From Lenisia limosa (Eukaryota > Protista > Breviatea): a stretch of DNA of 46,351 nucleotides. The stretch covers positions 1-46,351 of the forward strand of contig LPNZ01010410.1 of NCBI GenBank assembly GCA_001655205.1. The letters run 5' to 3'. Shown here piece by piece: positions 12,204-26,197 of the stretch; positions within the stretch are counted from its first letter, which is position 1, and each line of letters starts with the position of its first letter. Made by a program: the position numbers and the translations under genes. The notes under the pieces were generated by a model, which was not told the origin of the DNA, did no database searches, and worked only from the letters and a program-made list of their open reading frames with translations.

Positions 12204-14825
12204 ATGAAAGCTTATTTTGGCCAAGGTCAAAATCAAGTAGTTGACCCTGCAAAGGAGAAAGCCAAAGATGTTGAAGCCTATGAACAGACCAAATTGAATG
12301 GAGATGAGACCACTGACAAATTTTCCGACCCAATTACAACTCTCACTGCAAAGGCAAGTCACCTCTCGCTTGGTGACCCTGATACCCCCGCAAGTGGTAG
12401 TTCAAGTGGAGAATTGTCATCAAATTCTGATTGGACAGATGTGAGTTTTCATTATTTGCTGCTTTTCTTATTGAGATAGGGATCAAACAAAGGACAAACA
12501 TTGACAGACTCCAAAGACTCACTCCCTTCTGTTTCTGATGATTGTGAAACCAATCCATTCTACACAATTCCCGGCTCACCTGCCTGTTGTCTCTTTATTT
12601 GTGGCTTTGCTCAAGACACTCCTGATGAGTGTCTCCATTCTTATTTCAAAGCATTTGGGAGTAAGCCTGACTTTTCGGTTTTGTCATTTATGAATCAGCA
12701 CTTCTCTCTTTGAAGATCCACCAAGATTATGCTGGTCGTCCATTTGCTTTTGTTACTTTCGAAGACCCCCTTTCTGCAAAACAGGTTTTCCTTCAGTCAC
12801 ACAACAGTATGGCCTGTGTTGCTTATTTTGACATTTAGATGTTGATGGCCATGTATTGCGTGTTGAACCTGCACGTGTTGACAAAATCCTCTATCTCGAA
12901 GGCTTTCCTGCTGAAATGACGGGACATGATCTTATTATGACTATTGAACAATTTTCACCTGTTGAGAAGGTTGTTTGCTCCCCCATGCCAAGCCATACAA
13001 AAAGGTAAGAATATAAACACATTTCGGATATATATGAGAGACTTTTTCCCCAAATTGATAAAATAAAATTTTTGAGATTTCTGTCAAAAATAAGTCAAAC
13101 TTACACGTCATCAGTGAGACCGAAACAACCCAGGCTTTCATTACATTCAAAGGACGAGAGGGTGCTTACCTTGGTCTTGTGGTATGTGAGGTGTTGTTTG
13201 TCAGAAATGTAGTTCAGCGTATATACACTGCTTAATTCATTATTAAGGGACTAAAAAGAGGCTTTCCCCATTGGAACACAATGTGGGCTGCTCAAGCTAT
13301 GCCAAAAAATGACCCACTTTCAATTGCTGCAACTGGGATTGCGACTGACAAACACACATGTTTTGTCGGAGGGTATGTTGGGCTTTGGGCGTAAACGCTA
13401 TTACAATATCACCCATCTTTTCCTTTGACCGGGCAGTCTTGACAGTAATGTGATTGCTGAACACCATCTTCAAGAACGTTTTGAAGTCCATGGAAAAATT
13501 GACAACATTGCCCTTCATATCCCTGAAAAGCAAGGTGAGCTTTAAGGTTAGAAAGCTCAATTTCCAGTCGGCCGCTCGGCTATTGCTTTTATTCGGTACT
13601 CTGATGTGGCTTCAACTCAGCTTGCTGTTGAAAAAGAGGTCTGTAGTGATATTGTGATTGAAATATGCCAAATAAGGAAACTGTCATTTAACAATTCAGA
13701 ATGAGACATTAATGACAATTCGAGAAGATTCTTGGAACAGTACCCGAAGAATTCGTGTAGAGTTCTGTGAAGCACCTGAAATCAAGTCAAAGAAAAAAGC
13801 AGATCGTCTTTTAAAAAATGTAATCTGACAACTTTAACGGATGAACTATGCTCATCATCTTAGCGCTACAGAAACATGAAAAGTTACACCCACACCGCTC
13901 GTGAAATGGAACGTGAATTGTCAACCCTCAAAGCCATTGAAGACAACCTTCATCATGTTCAAGGCTATACATCGCCTCAAAGCAACCATTCTTCACCATA
14001 CTCATGGCCACAATCACCCGTTGGTTTCCTTGAGTACCGTTTTTTACTTTTAGTTTACTGGCCCCTCGCGAAGCCCAGCCCCCCAGTTTATGCTTGACCA
14101 GTATGGAAACACTGTACCGATCATGAGACCTGTACGTGGAAATAATAGAAGCGTCTTGTAGTCCATGCCTTGTTAACAGCTCTAGTGGGAGATGGAACAT
14201 ATGATGCTTCCTCCTAGCATGCCTATCGAAATGATGTCACCTGGAATGGTCCCAAGTAGGCACCTGCCAACATGAATTTTCATCTGGATTGTGACCAAAA
14301 CTAATTGCTCAGTGATGGCGCCTCCTCCTATGTCATTTGAAGATGCTGAAGTCAACAAAATCAACACCATCCACCACATGGCCCCTGCTATGCCAGGTGA
14401 GCGCACAATTTAAGGCTATGCATTGTCTGAAATTTCATAACTTTTTGTTTTGTCAAAATACTCCCTTGTGTTGTGGGAATATTATGTGGGTATGTTTTTG
14501 TGCTACTTTTGTCATTATCTAGGAATGCGGATGCGCCCAATGCCAGAGTACGTCATGAGTCCTGTCAATATACCCATGGGTATGAAGGGGAGGTAGCACC
14601 ATACCCGTGGGGAAGGCGTCCATTCCAATTGTATTTCACTTCAAAGAGTACCCGCCACCAATGTTCATGCCTCCCCAAGAAATGCAATTCTATCCGACCC
14701 CTGTCTTCATGGGCCAACCAAGCGGCTGGTAGGACAAAAACTATGAGACCACTTTACCCCCTAGGACGCAAGAGATGCCGCCTCCACGCCGCTCATTCAA
14801 CGACAACCCTTCCCAGAAGGCCTAG
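12204..14825 (+). CDS. Three-RRM RNA-binding protein, Rim4-like, with Met/Pro-rich low-complexity C-terminus
   Basis: RRM1 PACCLFICGF...QDYAGRPFAFVTF...DGHVLRVEPARVDKILYL; RRM2 ending PHWNTMWA; RRM3 DKHTCFVGGLDS...LQERFEVHGKI. The tail includes MMLPPSMPIEMMSPGM and YPPPMFMPPQEMQFY. Stop TAG at 14823-14825. Confidence 0.75.
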
Positions 14826-15159
14826 GAGCCCCGCTCTTCTGATTTCAAGTACTGATGTCTATTTATTACCTGTATTTTTTTATTATTATTAGTTTTCTAT
14901 TTTGTTTCCTATTTTGATTGATTTCATTGTATAGTATTATGGGAGTGGCGTCATTACCTAAGAATTGATAAATTGACGATTTACTGTGGTGATAAAACTG
15001 CCTTCATAATCGGTAATGTGAGCACTTAATCAATAGAAATCTGTCAGAAATACATGAGTGAAACATAAATATACAACAGACATAAGACCATAAGCAAAAA
15101 CGAACATGAAGCAAATAAAAGAATTAAGAAATCATAATAAAACAAAGATCAGCACCGAC

Positions 15160-18100
15160 TTAGTAAGCATGTCTAAAAGAGAAGACAGAGTTACTCTGAG
15201 ACTCTTTCAATTTGTCAACATCAGCTATCACCTTTCGACTTCTTTCTTTTTGTTGTTCTTGCCTAAAGAGTGACAGAGGAATGCCATGCATTGTGATTAC
15301 TAACACTCCCAAACCGCCAACTTGATTTCAGGCTGTACTGAAAAGTTCCAAAAAGAGCCGAAGGTAGGGCCTTGACGAAGAGCGCCAAGTTCGTTACCGA
15401 GCCGGTCCCAAATAATTACCCGTCGGTCCAAAGACGCAGTCATCACCGCCCTAAACGCGTGAGAATAGAAGGCTAGTGAAGATCTCACCTGGGGGTAGAA
15501 ACAAGCTGAATGTCAGTGATAATGTCAGAGTGCGCTTCCCACGATCGAAGAATGGACACATTGTGAGATGCCACATTGGGCTGCATAACATTAGTCACCA
15601 AATCAACTTGTAGAAATTCAAGCACAATTGTTGTTACCCCCTCTCACTCTTGACCATTCATTCACATCAGAACGGAAAGGTGTAGGACTAAAGCGTCAAA
15701 CAGCATTATGGAACCCACTTTGGTTTACAGTCCTCATTTGGGGAAGAAGCATCAGCCATTTTCGAGGCAGTCTTGTTGGGGAAACACCTAAGGCAATGAA
15801 ACCGAAAGAAGCTCCAGGCCTACCTTGACTTCTCTAGAGCCACTCTCAGGTCCCACACGGTGACAACTCCGATTTCATCCCCACAGAACAGGATCCGATT
15901 CTGAAGCGGTCAAGCTCAACCCCATGTTCCAAACACTAACCTTCGGGTCCCAAGCCAACGAACGGCTGACTGACGATGGAACAGTAAAACTAGGGGGTGA
16001 GGGCGGCACAAGAGGCAAGGCACACCTGAACATGGGGAGTCGTCTGAAGGGGTATGGCCTAACGCCAAAGACCACAACGGCACCGTCATAAAGACCAACT
16101 GCAAAGCACGGGTATGGGGCAAGGGAGCAGAGCTGAAGGGTCAGCCAACAAACAAGCATACACAGGTGATCTGTGATTTCAACAGGTACGTTTCATCAAT
16201 CGCTCCTCTCTCCAGGTTGTAAGCCTAAATTATGAGAGCCAAGCCAATAAGTCTGGGTTATTGTTACTATATAAGAGGGGAATCCTTACCCGAACTTCAT
16301 CTCCGGAAGCAGTGCAGAACAAGGACGAGTGCGGACAGTCAATGACTGAAACAATTCCAGCCTTTTGCCTGGATTTTGTCAAATTAAAGAAACGTAGGCA
16401 AACCTCGACACTTTCCGAACGGTTCTCCCGTCAACTTCCATATCCGAATGCATAATAACAGAGCCATCACTTCCTCCTTAAGGGGTTAATGAACAAAAAA
16501 CCGTAAAGATTCTGGTTTCTCATTCAATTATAGGCAACAAATCATACCCGATACAACAAAGCGTTGCTGGCCATGCGAAATATAGCAAAGGCTTGTGACC
16601 TCTCCCATGTGGGACTCCTTTGGGGTCAGAAAAAAACCGAGTTTGAAAGAAATATTTCATCAAAAGGAACTCACAAAGTCCTTCATATGAGCACCGGTGG
16701 AAGCATTGACGGCCTTGACACATCCGGTGGCGTCTCCGATAATACACTTCCGCTCCCTCCTGTCCAATACCATGGCCGTTATCTCACTAGCCAGGTTATT
16801 CAGGGAAGAGTACCGACCTTTTGGTTACATCTCTAAAAGCCCTCGTAAAAGTCCCTGTTTCACTACTCCAGAGCCGGATTTCTTTCCCCGATGCCAACGT
16901 CACGAATTGGAGCTGCACATAAAATGATCGGATAATAAGCTTACAGTGGGGTTTAGGCGAACAGAGGAGATGACAGCAGTTGCAGCAATGTGGGGGTTTG
17001 GAGGCCTTTCCGCTTCAAAAATCTAACAGTGAAAAGGAAGGAAATGGCCTATTAGAACCCAGCTGCTCATACTCTGACACCATGGCTGGAGGCAACAAAC
17101 GACTCCGATGATGTCATTGAAATTGAGGAAAGCGATTGGAATCCTAAGAGGTGAGCCAAGATAGCATTTCGCCCTACCAGTATGAATGGTTTGAACACAG
17201 CCCATTGTTCTGACGTCCCAAATGCGGACTTCTCCAGAGACATCCGCGGTCACCACCTTGAAATGTGACAATNNNNNNNNNNNNNNNNNNNNNNNNNNNN
17301 NNNNNNNNNNNNNNNNNNNNNNNNNNNNNNNNNNNNNNNNNNNNNNTTTGACGGACAGTAGTGGAGACTCATGGCCCTGGAGACGAGCAACCTTTGATGT
17401 GACAAGAGGAAATGCATCTTGATCCTACCATCACGTTGACAAAAGGGTTGTAAACCAGGGCATCATGATCGAATCCTGCAGAAAACAGCAAATGCTGGTC
17501 CTAGAGAGAGAGGGTGACCAAACCAAAGAACACATACCCGAGAGTAGCTCATGGACAGAACACCTTTATGATGCCCGCGCATCACGGTCCTTTCGGCGCC
17601 CGTAACAAGGTCCGAGGTGATAAGCAAACTACAACTTTCAGCTATCGTAGAATGGATGATTGCAGTCCTGGCAATTTGCGGGTCAATTGTTCGAAATGAG
17701 AGTTCGATGCCATGATTGGCTAATCCCCCCAGCCCACGAATCCAATCCACAAGATACAATAAGACCAAGGTCATTTAACGCCAAAATGTCTGTACACGTG
17801 TCACTGTGCGACGGAAGGGGGAGAGCTGGTGCAAGGTTCTGCCATTTCCATCCGCGAACACTAAATAATAATGGTACTCAAAAGAACCTACTTGCCATTG
17901 GTGTCGCCTGTGAAGAGGATGGAGTCACGGGCCGCCCAGGCCAGCGCATACATCGGCTCTTTCGTGATCAACCGTCGCCGCACTCGGAAGGAAATGTCCC
18001 AGAATGCAACCTTTGGAAGTGAAACACTCTCAAAAAACGGAGAGGGATTTGTGGTAGGTTCAACAAGGATGATAATATCATATGATATGGTAAGTAGTAT

Positions 18101-19956
18101 ATGATATGTGTATGGTATCCCTATGTATTGTTATATCCTTTAAAGTATTCTCTTGATAAAATAAAAACACCATATGCAGTTCCCCCAACCGATCGATCAG
18201 CTGATGCTGTGGCGAGTACTCTCTTTGACTCAAGGTAAACTGAAATTGTACGTTATTACAAAGGGAAAAGATGGAACGCGTCACAATCATGATGTGCATA
18301 CTGGCGTTGAGGATTGGGCCCTTATGACCGTGGATGTCTTTGATGTGGTTGAGCTGGTAGTCGTACAAAGAAACAACTGACGATTTGTCCCAGCTTAGCG
18401 AGTGAAGAGAAACCAACACAATACACTCCCCATCACCAACATACAGGGCGATTCTCTCCAGAGTTGGAAGAGCAACAACCCTTTCAGCAGTTAGACGGTT
18501 ACTGGGGTGCGAGACTGCCACTTTCCGGGGATGATACTAGAGGGTTATAAGGTTTGACTGGGCCTACTTTTCTAATGGGTAAAGGGTGACCTGAACTGTT
18601 CATTCCTGATTCGATCAAATGAGCCACTAGTTCCTAAAGACATGAGATGGACAAGAGTAAGATGGACTCACATCCCACTCGACAGCCTGGTCTCCATTGA
18701 TGTCAATCTCGTCAAAGAGCTCTGATAATGAGATAAGACTGTCACGTATGTATACAATATATTGACGGGAAGAATGCATCAAGGCTATTGACTATAGTGC
18801 CATAATAATGAATAATCAAAAGGGCTCTCCAACCACAAAGGCTCTGCGCAAGGTCTTCTCGGGATAATCCTCCAGAAGGAAGTGTTTGCTCAAAAATTCT
18901 CACAAACTAAAATCGTCACAACGCTGATAATGGTAGTGGCATTCAGAAAACGAAACTTCCCCAAAATACATCAGGCAACGAGGCACCCTTCGGGAACTTG
19001 AGGAACTCGGTTTCAACATCCTTCATTTTGGTGATGTCAAGCATGAGAAGAAGATCATGGGCTGCTGAGGGCTTCACGGTTGCTAAGGAGGAAGCAAGGT
19101 AATAAGAAAATAAACGGATTTATTCAGTAAACCTTTTCAAACTTCAGAATACAAAGTAATAACAATATCACATAGTATTAGTATATCAAATACTATACCA
19201 TATGCTACGCCATGTAACAAGGAACTATCCACAATATATGCCCAAGTCTTACGTCTTGTTCCAGAAGCACTTTTTGGTGGACTAGGCATCGTCAAATTTG
19301 GCGCAACTGTAACATCTGTGAAGCTTGACGATTTGCTTCGAACCCTGCAATGTCACTTGTATGTTGGTACTAGACCGAAATCGAATCCCCAATTTCCCTC
19401 AAACATTTGTGCTCCCTTTTGATCACTTTGTGCTAAAATAGTAAGAATATGGCTCATGTGGCACAACAAAGTGAAGTCATCACGCAACCAACTTGGAGGT
19501 AGACGCAGAACATCAGGAGATTCTTTCGAATGGCTTGGGCTAAAGTATAATAAAAGAGAACACAAGAGAACACAAGAGACGACACGAGAAGAAACTCCCA
19601 TCAACCTCCATGCTCTGACAACTTCCTCGTCAAAGCGTGTGCCTGTATAGTGACAATTCAGGGCAATCTCAGCAAACCTGCAGGGGAGATATTGAGAGCA
19701 GGGAGAATGGCTGGTTTCTGTTGCGGTTCTGGGGAGGCCAGTGACGACTGTCGTGATGCAGAGTTGATTAATGGGTTCACTTTAGATAATGCTAGTGGGT
19801 AAGTGCATCTCAAATACGTGTCACCATACACTTCTCAAGTTGAACAGAATCGCTGATCAGATCATTTATCGTTATAGGAGGGAGAGACACTTCCTCAGAA
19901 ACGTTCCACGGGGACGGCGGTCTTGATGGCTTTGAGGGGTCCGTTAAAGACACCAT
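15160..19956 (-). CDS. EF-hand plus WD40-repeat protein, WDR49/WDR64/EFCAB8-like (many exons; start uncertain)
   Basis: EF-hand ELFDEIDINGDQAVEWD. WD motifs GHHKGVLSMSYS, LLFSAGFDHDALVYNPF, VVTADVSGEVRIWDVRTMGCVQT, EITAMVLDRRERKCIIGDATG and VMTASLDRRVIIWD. Last exon ends FRHAY-TAA. Confidence 0.8.
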
Positions 19957-20333
19957 ATGAGTATCCTTCTGAATAAGTGACCATCATGTCTCATGCTAAG
20001 TTCCAGATAAGCACAATGCAAACCACTATATCACGTTTACTGGCTAATGCTTCTGCTCTTTCGGGTAGTGCTCCTTTGGGGTAGATACCTGAGTGTGAAC
20101 ATTTTCCATTAAATTCAAGGCTTACGAGCTGGTAAATTACCCGAAGACAGGCCTCCTGCCAATTTATCGCCCAGGGACTACGTTGTCAGGGGTGGCTTGT
20201 TTGACGTCTATGATGGCTCTTATTGTATGATATGTTACACTTTCTGTTTTCTGTCCAGAAATCAAAAGATGTACCATAATATATTGAATAATGCAAAAAA
20301 CAAGATAGCAGGTATTTTACGAGGATAAAGACA

Positions 20334-23300
20334 TCAAATGGTGTCGACAGCCATGCCTACTTTGATTCTCAAGGAGTTGACAGCCAAATTGGCATTATCA
20401 GCCAATGCCTTGCGACCAGCCTGGAAGGTCACAGAGTACAGACTACATACCCATCCTTCAGTGGTCTGGAGATTGCTCAAGGCATGGTCTATGCTGTCGG
20501 GATCGGAATCGGAAGAAGAATCATCATCAGATTTCGGGAAGGGCGAGGGAAGTGTCACCTCCTGGATCTTGCCCCGAAAACTGCACAATTACAACATAAA
20601 GATTCGGAAGGGTCTTGCCCATATCTTACCTGAGCCATGGCCGATTTCGAGACCTTGGGGTAGTGATGCGCTGAGCACGGCTCTTCAAAGGCGAAGGAGT
20701 GGTTTGATTGAGGAGGGATGTGGACGGGCGCGGTTGACTGGGCGAGGCTGACATTGCCATCTGTAGCTCCAAAGCCTCTCCAGAGCTTATCAGATATAAC
20801 AATGGAAGCCAAGAGAGATGGCAAGGTGGGGATGCTTAACAAGGGCTTCCTTTTCCTACAATGTCACCCCACATATCAGTGTCATTTGCCTTACTTTCAT
20901 CATCCTTTTTCATAGCTCAACAAATTCAAAAAACTGTATTATTATATTAATATCGATATATTAGGAGATAGACTGGATCTGGATTTGGACTGGGATTCTG
21001 GACATGTGATCATGTGACAGGTCTTCCTCGGTCCAGTCCAAACCCGGCTCGGGGAATGATGATACGTAAGCCATGCAACATCCTTCTGATCTATGATCTG
21101 TTCTGTCGTGTGAATTCGTCTATCGGCCTGATGTGAACATATGCCTGATGCCTACAAGCCTGCTACAACTTGCAGACAACTTGACTACAACAAGCTGCTG
21201 ACAAGCTGTCAGGAATTTAGTTATATAGCTAAAGCAGAAAACAATACATATAATAAGAAATTCTACCACTACACCACTACCTGTAAACACCTCAGAAACA
21301 AAAAGGAACAAAAGAAACATGAAACACGGAACATGTTTATTAGGGCAATGCTGGAGGCTCTCGAGGCGGGCTGGTCTCCGGAGATGACACTACTCCCGGC
21401 AGTGCAGAGTCGGAATCACACTGCATTATAAAGGAGGTGCAGACAATCATTCAAACCAATCAGTTACGTGATGGGTAATTTGCAAGTAGCAAAAAATATA
21501 CATGTATGAGAAATTTCACCTACTGTAACTGCGATAATGGGAGCATCAGCTACAATGTCGTCGTTTGAGGAAGACACTTCAGTAGTCTTACTCAGAGCGC
21601 CCATCTACAACATCAAAGCATGATTATTTGGTTTATACTATGTGTCTCCCCGAATAAATAAGGCATATCACCATATAATCAGTCAATTAGTTACCATTGC
21701 AACAAAACAACGCCAACATGTGAGTAGCTCGGCCGCCGCAATTTCACCACCGGTTCGTCAGAATAAAGCGATTCATTTGGTCGATCCGGGTTGACAATGC
21801 CTTTGGAATAAGACAAAGCAAAAGACAGGCTTACTACTTTGAGGTAGGGTTTGCGACATCGAGCGCCTTCTTTGCATTTCGTTGTGTTTGGTGGTTTTGT
21901 CCTAAACAGTATGAAAAGCTCGTGGGGTCTTGGAAAAAACAGAAAATTTACCGATGCATTTGAGTTTGAAGTGAGTTTGTAAGGGAACTAGATACACCCG
22001 TACCTCTTCATTGGATGCTGCAAGAGGGGTGAAGTTACTATTTCTCGCTGAACGTGGAGTTTTGCCCGGCTAAGAGGTCATATCCAATTCAATGAAATAA
22101 AAAACCTCAATACCTATACCACATACCATTTCACTACTTGGTGCACAGATCGAATAACGTCTTACATGGGCGGTTTGCATGGTCGTTTCCTGTAAAGTTA
22201 CAGCTACGAAAAAAGCAAATGCGAGTGAGCTTTTCAAAATGAAACCTTACATTGGAATGGGTGAAAGATGGCACAATGCTGACATGCTCCCTAAAGTGTC
22301 AGCGAATAATTAGAGTGTATCAACCTACTCATGCTCTTGTTGATGTGTCAAAGTTGACATTTGCCTGGACATTGACGGCGAACCTATCTCAAATCTAAAA
22401 AGTGAGGCTCGTCTTCCCGAGAGTTCCTCACCCATGAACGTGTCTGGCCTGCTTTGTGGCATGGCGCACGATATCAACACGAGTGGCCGGACCAACTGAA
22501 CGGACCAAAGCCAACGTCGGAATGACCAATGGCGTAATGAGGAGGATGGCAATGAGGGGTGGTGTCTGGAGGGTCAAAAAGAGGAACGATCCTTCATACA
22601 CCCATCTCACATACCAAGGCAACAATGACAAATAGGGACCGCCAATGTGCCAAAAAATAATAGAAGACAAAAGTCAGGTAGAAAGCTAAGGTGTAAGGTG
22701 GTCATAAAAGGCAGAGTTATCTTACCATTCAGAAGAAGGATAATTTGGAAGAATCGGATTACAAATGTTGGATTACGGAACCTAAATTGTGAGTGTTGTG
22801 GAAGTCCCAGAGAAACATACCAAAATTGTCTTGCCCAAAGAGTCCGTTTGAGACTTTCGCGTATTTCCTTAGCCTAAAAAAGTCAACTACAAAAATGTGA
22901 TTATTTTATGTTCTTTGTTGTCTCATTCAAATAGAATAACAAAGGGAATGTCGCTTACCATGGCTTGTAAATCCTTTTTGCTAGCAGCTCCAGAGAACTT
23001 ACTTGAGCTTGTCACTTGCTGGGTTGTGAGAAACCCAATGGCCGAACTTACCATAGTGGCAGCGTGGGCAAACTGGTGTTGGTCGTTCCGCATGGCAACA
23101 GGGACAGACTCGATACCGCCATCTTCGTTGTCATTGTCCAATGAAACCGCTGAGGCGTGTGTGCGGGCAGTGAGGTTTGATGCACTTCGAACATTCATAC
23201 CAGAGGCCTCCAATGAGTCCACACGATCAGCTGTAGGATAAATACGCTGTTGAATGGTTTGTTCCACTGATGCCAGCCAAAAACAAAGCCTACCTATTGA

Positions 23301-25752
23301 AAGTGGAGGGATTGTGCAAGAGTAAACTGGGTTGTTTTGTTTTGAGTGAGAGTGAGTCATGCGCCTACGATGTTGGAGGAATCACAATTCATACTAAGCT
23401 AATAACATCCCTTACTGTATTGGGGGTGAACTGATCGGTTTTGGTGTATCTTCGTCATCACTTAAGGCTACATGATGATCAAACACATTCAAACGGCAGA
23501 CATCTAACGACAAAGCTAACCTTCAGAAATGGATGACTGGGACTGAGACATGTTCATAGTCGGAGACATCGCCTGCAAGGTCACCGTAGCCTTTCAAAAC
23601 AGTATCTGTAGTTTCACACAAAACCCTAGTAAGCAAGACAATCTGACCCCTCCTACTCTGCAAATGGCAATTGAAGAGTCAATTGGATCATCTGTAAATG
23701 GTAAATAAAAAGGTTAAAATATGGTCATGTATTGAGTAGAACTCTCATCATTTTGCTTCTCTACATACCGGCGGGTTTTACTGGTTCAGGCTTCAAGTCC
23801 TCTTCACATGTCTCCCCCTTTAAGTCGTAAGTATAATAAAAAACTTCAGCCTCTATTCATTGGCAAGAGAAACAAACCTGTCCTTCTTCACTGCTGAGGT
23901 ATTTAACATTAATCTGGATCATGTTCTTCAATATCTGGGGTGTAAAAAACCACAACTATCAGTTCTCAATGAGTTCACCCTCACCGTGTGGCACTTAATG
24001 TAAATTCGGAAGGCGACAAAGCAAAGGAGGTAACTAAGAGAGTAAGAATGAGTAAGTAACTGATAAATAGGACCCCAACACACCCGGCTGCCAGGAAAAT
24101 GAACGCCATTATCGCAGTGGGGATGTTGTACAGTTTATATCTAAAAGAAAAAAAGTTAGCAAGACTGAATGTTACCAATGCATACCTTGCCCAGTTGCCA
24201 AGAATAAGAACCAAAAGGGTAGTCCACACGGACCAATGTAACTCAACAAGCTCCTAAGACTGTCAGCTCATAACAAAAAGATAGTGTAACCCCATAAATA
24301 TTTCACTACTATAGAAAATTACGAAGAGTTGCCAATTGTTTAAGGGACTGGATAATTTGAATCCCCATCCAATTACAATGTCTTTGAATACTTTGACTTT
24401 ACAGGGTTTATGTACGTTATCAGCAGTACCATCGTTATCCATGGTATTTCCTTGTATTCAACTTTTTGTGAAATTCTATTGTGAAATGTCCAAATCAGAA
24501 AAATTCTGGTCTTTGGGAAATTCTTGCGGATGAAAGATGTGATACAATAGCAAAAAGAGGTGAAGGGCACAAATGCATTGGTGAATCAGTCAAACGTACC
24601 AAGACAAGTTCGTGAAGACAAGTTTTCGAATAAAATGCAAAGTCAAAATCCGCCGGTAGGGACTAGAAAAAGTCAGAAACCATGCAATGAAGAGTATTTT
24701 AAAAGGTTGTAGTTGGACAGCACCGAACCACCAGTCACCTACCTGGTCTTCAATGAATTGCATCCGGAGAAGATGGTAGCGAACCGAAAGCTTCGCCACC
24801 AAATGCTAAAGGAGTGAACGGACAGGGCTAGCGAACCTTAATGACTGTCTTCAGTCGGAAGAGTCTCAAGATTGGAGGAAGTTCATGGCGTTTGGTTCGC
24901 AAATTGCTGCATTCAACTTGGATCGTTTCTACTGAATTATATTCCGTCAAACACAACGACTCCGTCGTAGTTACCCTCAAACCAAAAGGAGTCTTTTCGA
25001 TTCGTTCATAGTAATGTGTGATTTTGACACTAAATAAGTCACAGAAGCCATTAAAAAATCCCTGGAATTTAACATTATATTCAATCCAACATACCTCAGA
25101 AACATAGCATAAGTTGCTGACCCAAGATAGAGCAGCATAATCATAAAGAAGCCAATATGGGCTAACTCAAAAAGAAGTCGTTTCTCGGCACCTAAATAAG
25201 TCAAGAGAGGCGGTCCAATGTTTCATGGTTATCATCGCCCACTGTACTCCTGGCCAAACGCATTGGCTGTGGTATTAGCGACTTGTGTGATGGAGGAGAC
25301 AAACGCAAGGAAGCTGACAACGCCCAGGATCATGATTTCTGGAGCATGGTGACGGGATTTCCATGGGGCAAAGCTCAATCCAATTGACCCACCCTTATAA
25401 GCTGCTTGTACCATGTGAAGAACATAGGGGGTCGAAATGAGTCCCTGCAGATTAAGAAGGGAACAAAACAAGACAAGTCACGCATGAATAATGAGACCTA
25501 CACTCTCGATTTTGAGCATGACCCATTCGAATATAAGGGTGAAGGAGATGAGCATACAAAGGAAGGCTGAAATCGTTCCAATGTTATTGGAATAGTCCAC
25601 GTCTAGACGTGAGAGAAAGACATCAAGACGAGAGGTGTGGTGTATCTTGCAATGAGTTAAACCAACAAACCTGAAATTGTACTTGCAGATGCTGCGGCAT
25701 GGCAACTTCGGACCAGAATGCCAACAAGAGTGGCAACAAAGAGGGTAGACAT
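20334..25752 (-). CDS. MLO-like seven-transmembrane protein with N-terminal signal peptide, greatly expanded IC3 loop and long C-tail (3' end uncertain, possibly ~19895)
   Basis: MLO-type motifs in the expected order: AAYK|EIMILGVVSFLAF, LFELAHIGFFMIMLLY, YHLLRMQFI, LPADFDFAFYSK, FW|FRNPTFVIRFFQIILLLN and IPTLALVRSVG. N-terminus MSTLFVATLVGILVRSCHA. Confidence 0.7.
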
Positions 25753-26197
25753 GGGAGGGCTTGGGGAGCGGAATGGAATCCTCCTTTTATGGTCGGCTGG
25801 AGCTAATTTTTCAAGGTCCAACAGCAATAACAATGAAGTTACTTCAAGTAATAAGTCGGTTAAAAGACAACGCGCAAGGCCGCCTTCTAACCATCAACCT
25901 CTTCTCTCCCTTTCGTCATCACTCGGTCTTCATTTCATCATACTATCCAAAAAAAAGAAAATGAGAACTTCCTTTTTGCTTCCTTTGTTCAAAAACACGA
26001 AACGAAAAGAAAAAAATTCACACCATTTATTTATATAGCCGACCTTCCGAACACTATCCCTACTCACGCTTAATATCTGAATATCTTCTTGAATAACTTT
26101 ATATCGCCTAATACAACTCAAGTATTCTCGATTCCCTTGAGGTACAGTTTATCCGTTTATCCGTTTATCGACATGCCTTTTGTTGAGATAAAAAAAG

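Noticed and set aside
18133-19970. ATATCCTT (18133) and GTATCCTT (~19962) U12-type donor words
   Set aside because: Both are on the + strand, while the resident gene is on the - strand.
26031-26100. Possible fifth family A copy (ATATTAAGCGTGA on the - strand)
   Set aside because: It shares only ~10 nt and lacks GATGG, the UNCG hairpin, CCAGA and a proper T-run. Too weak without an alignment.
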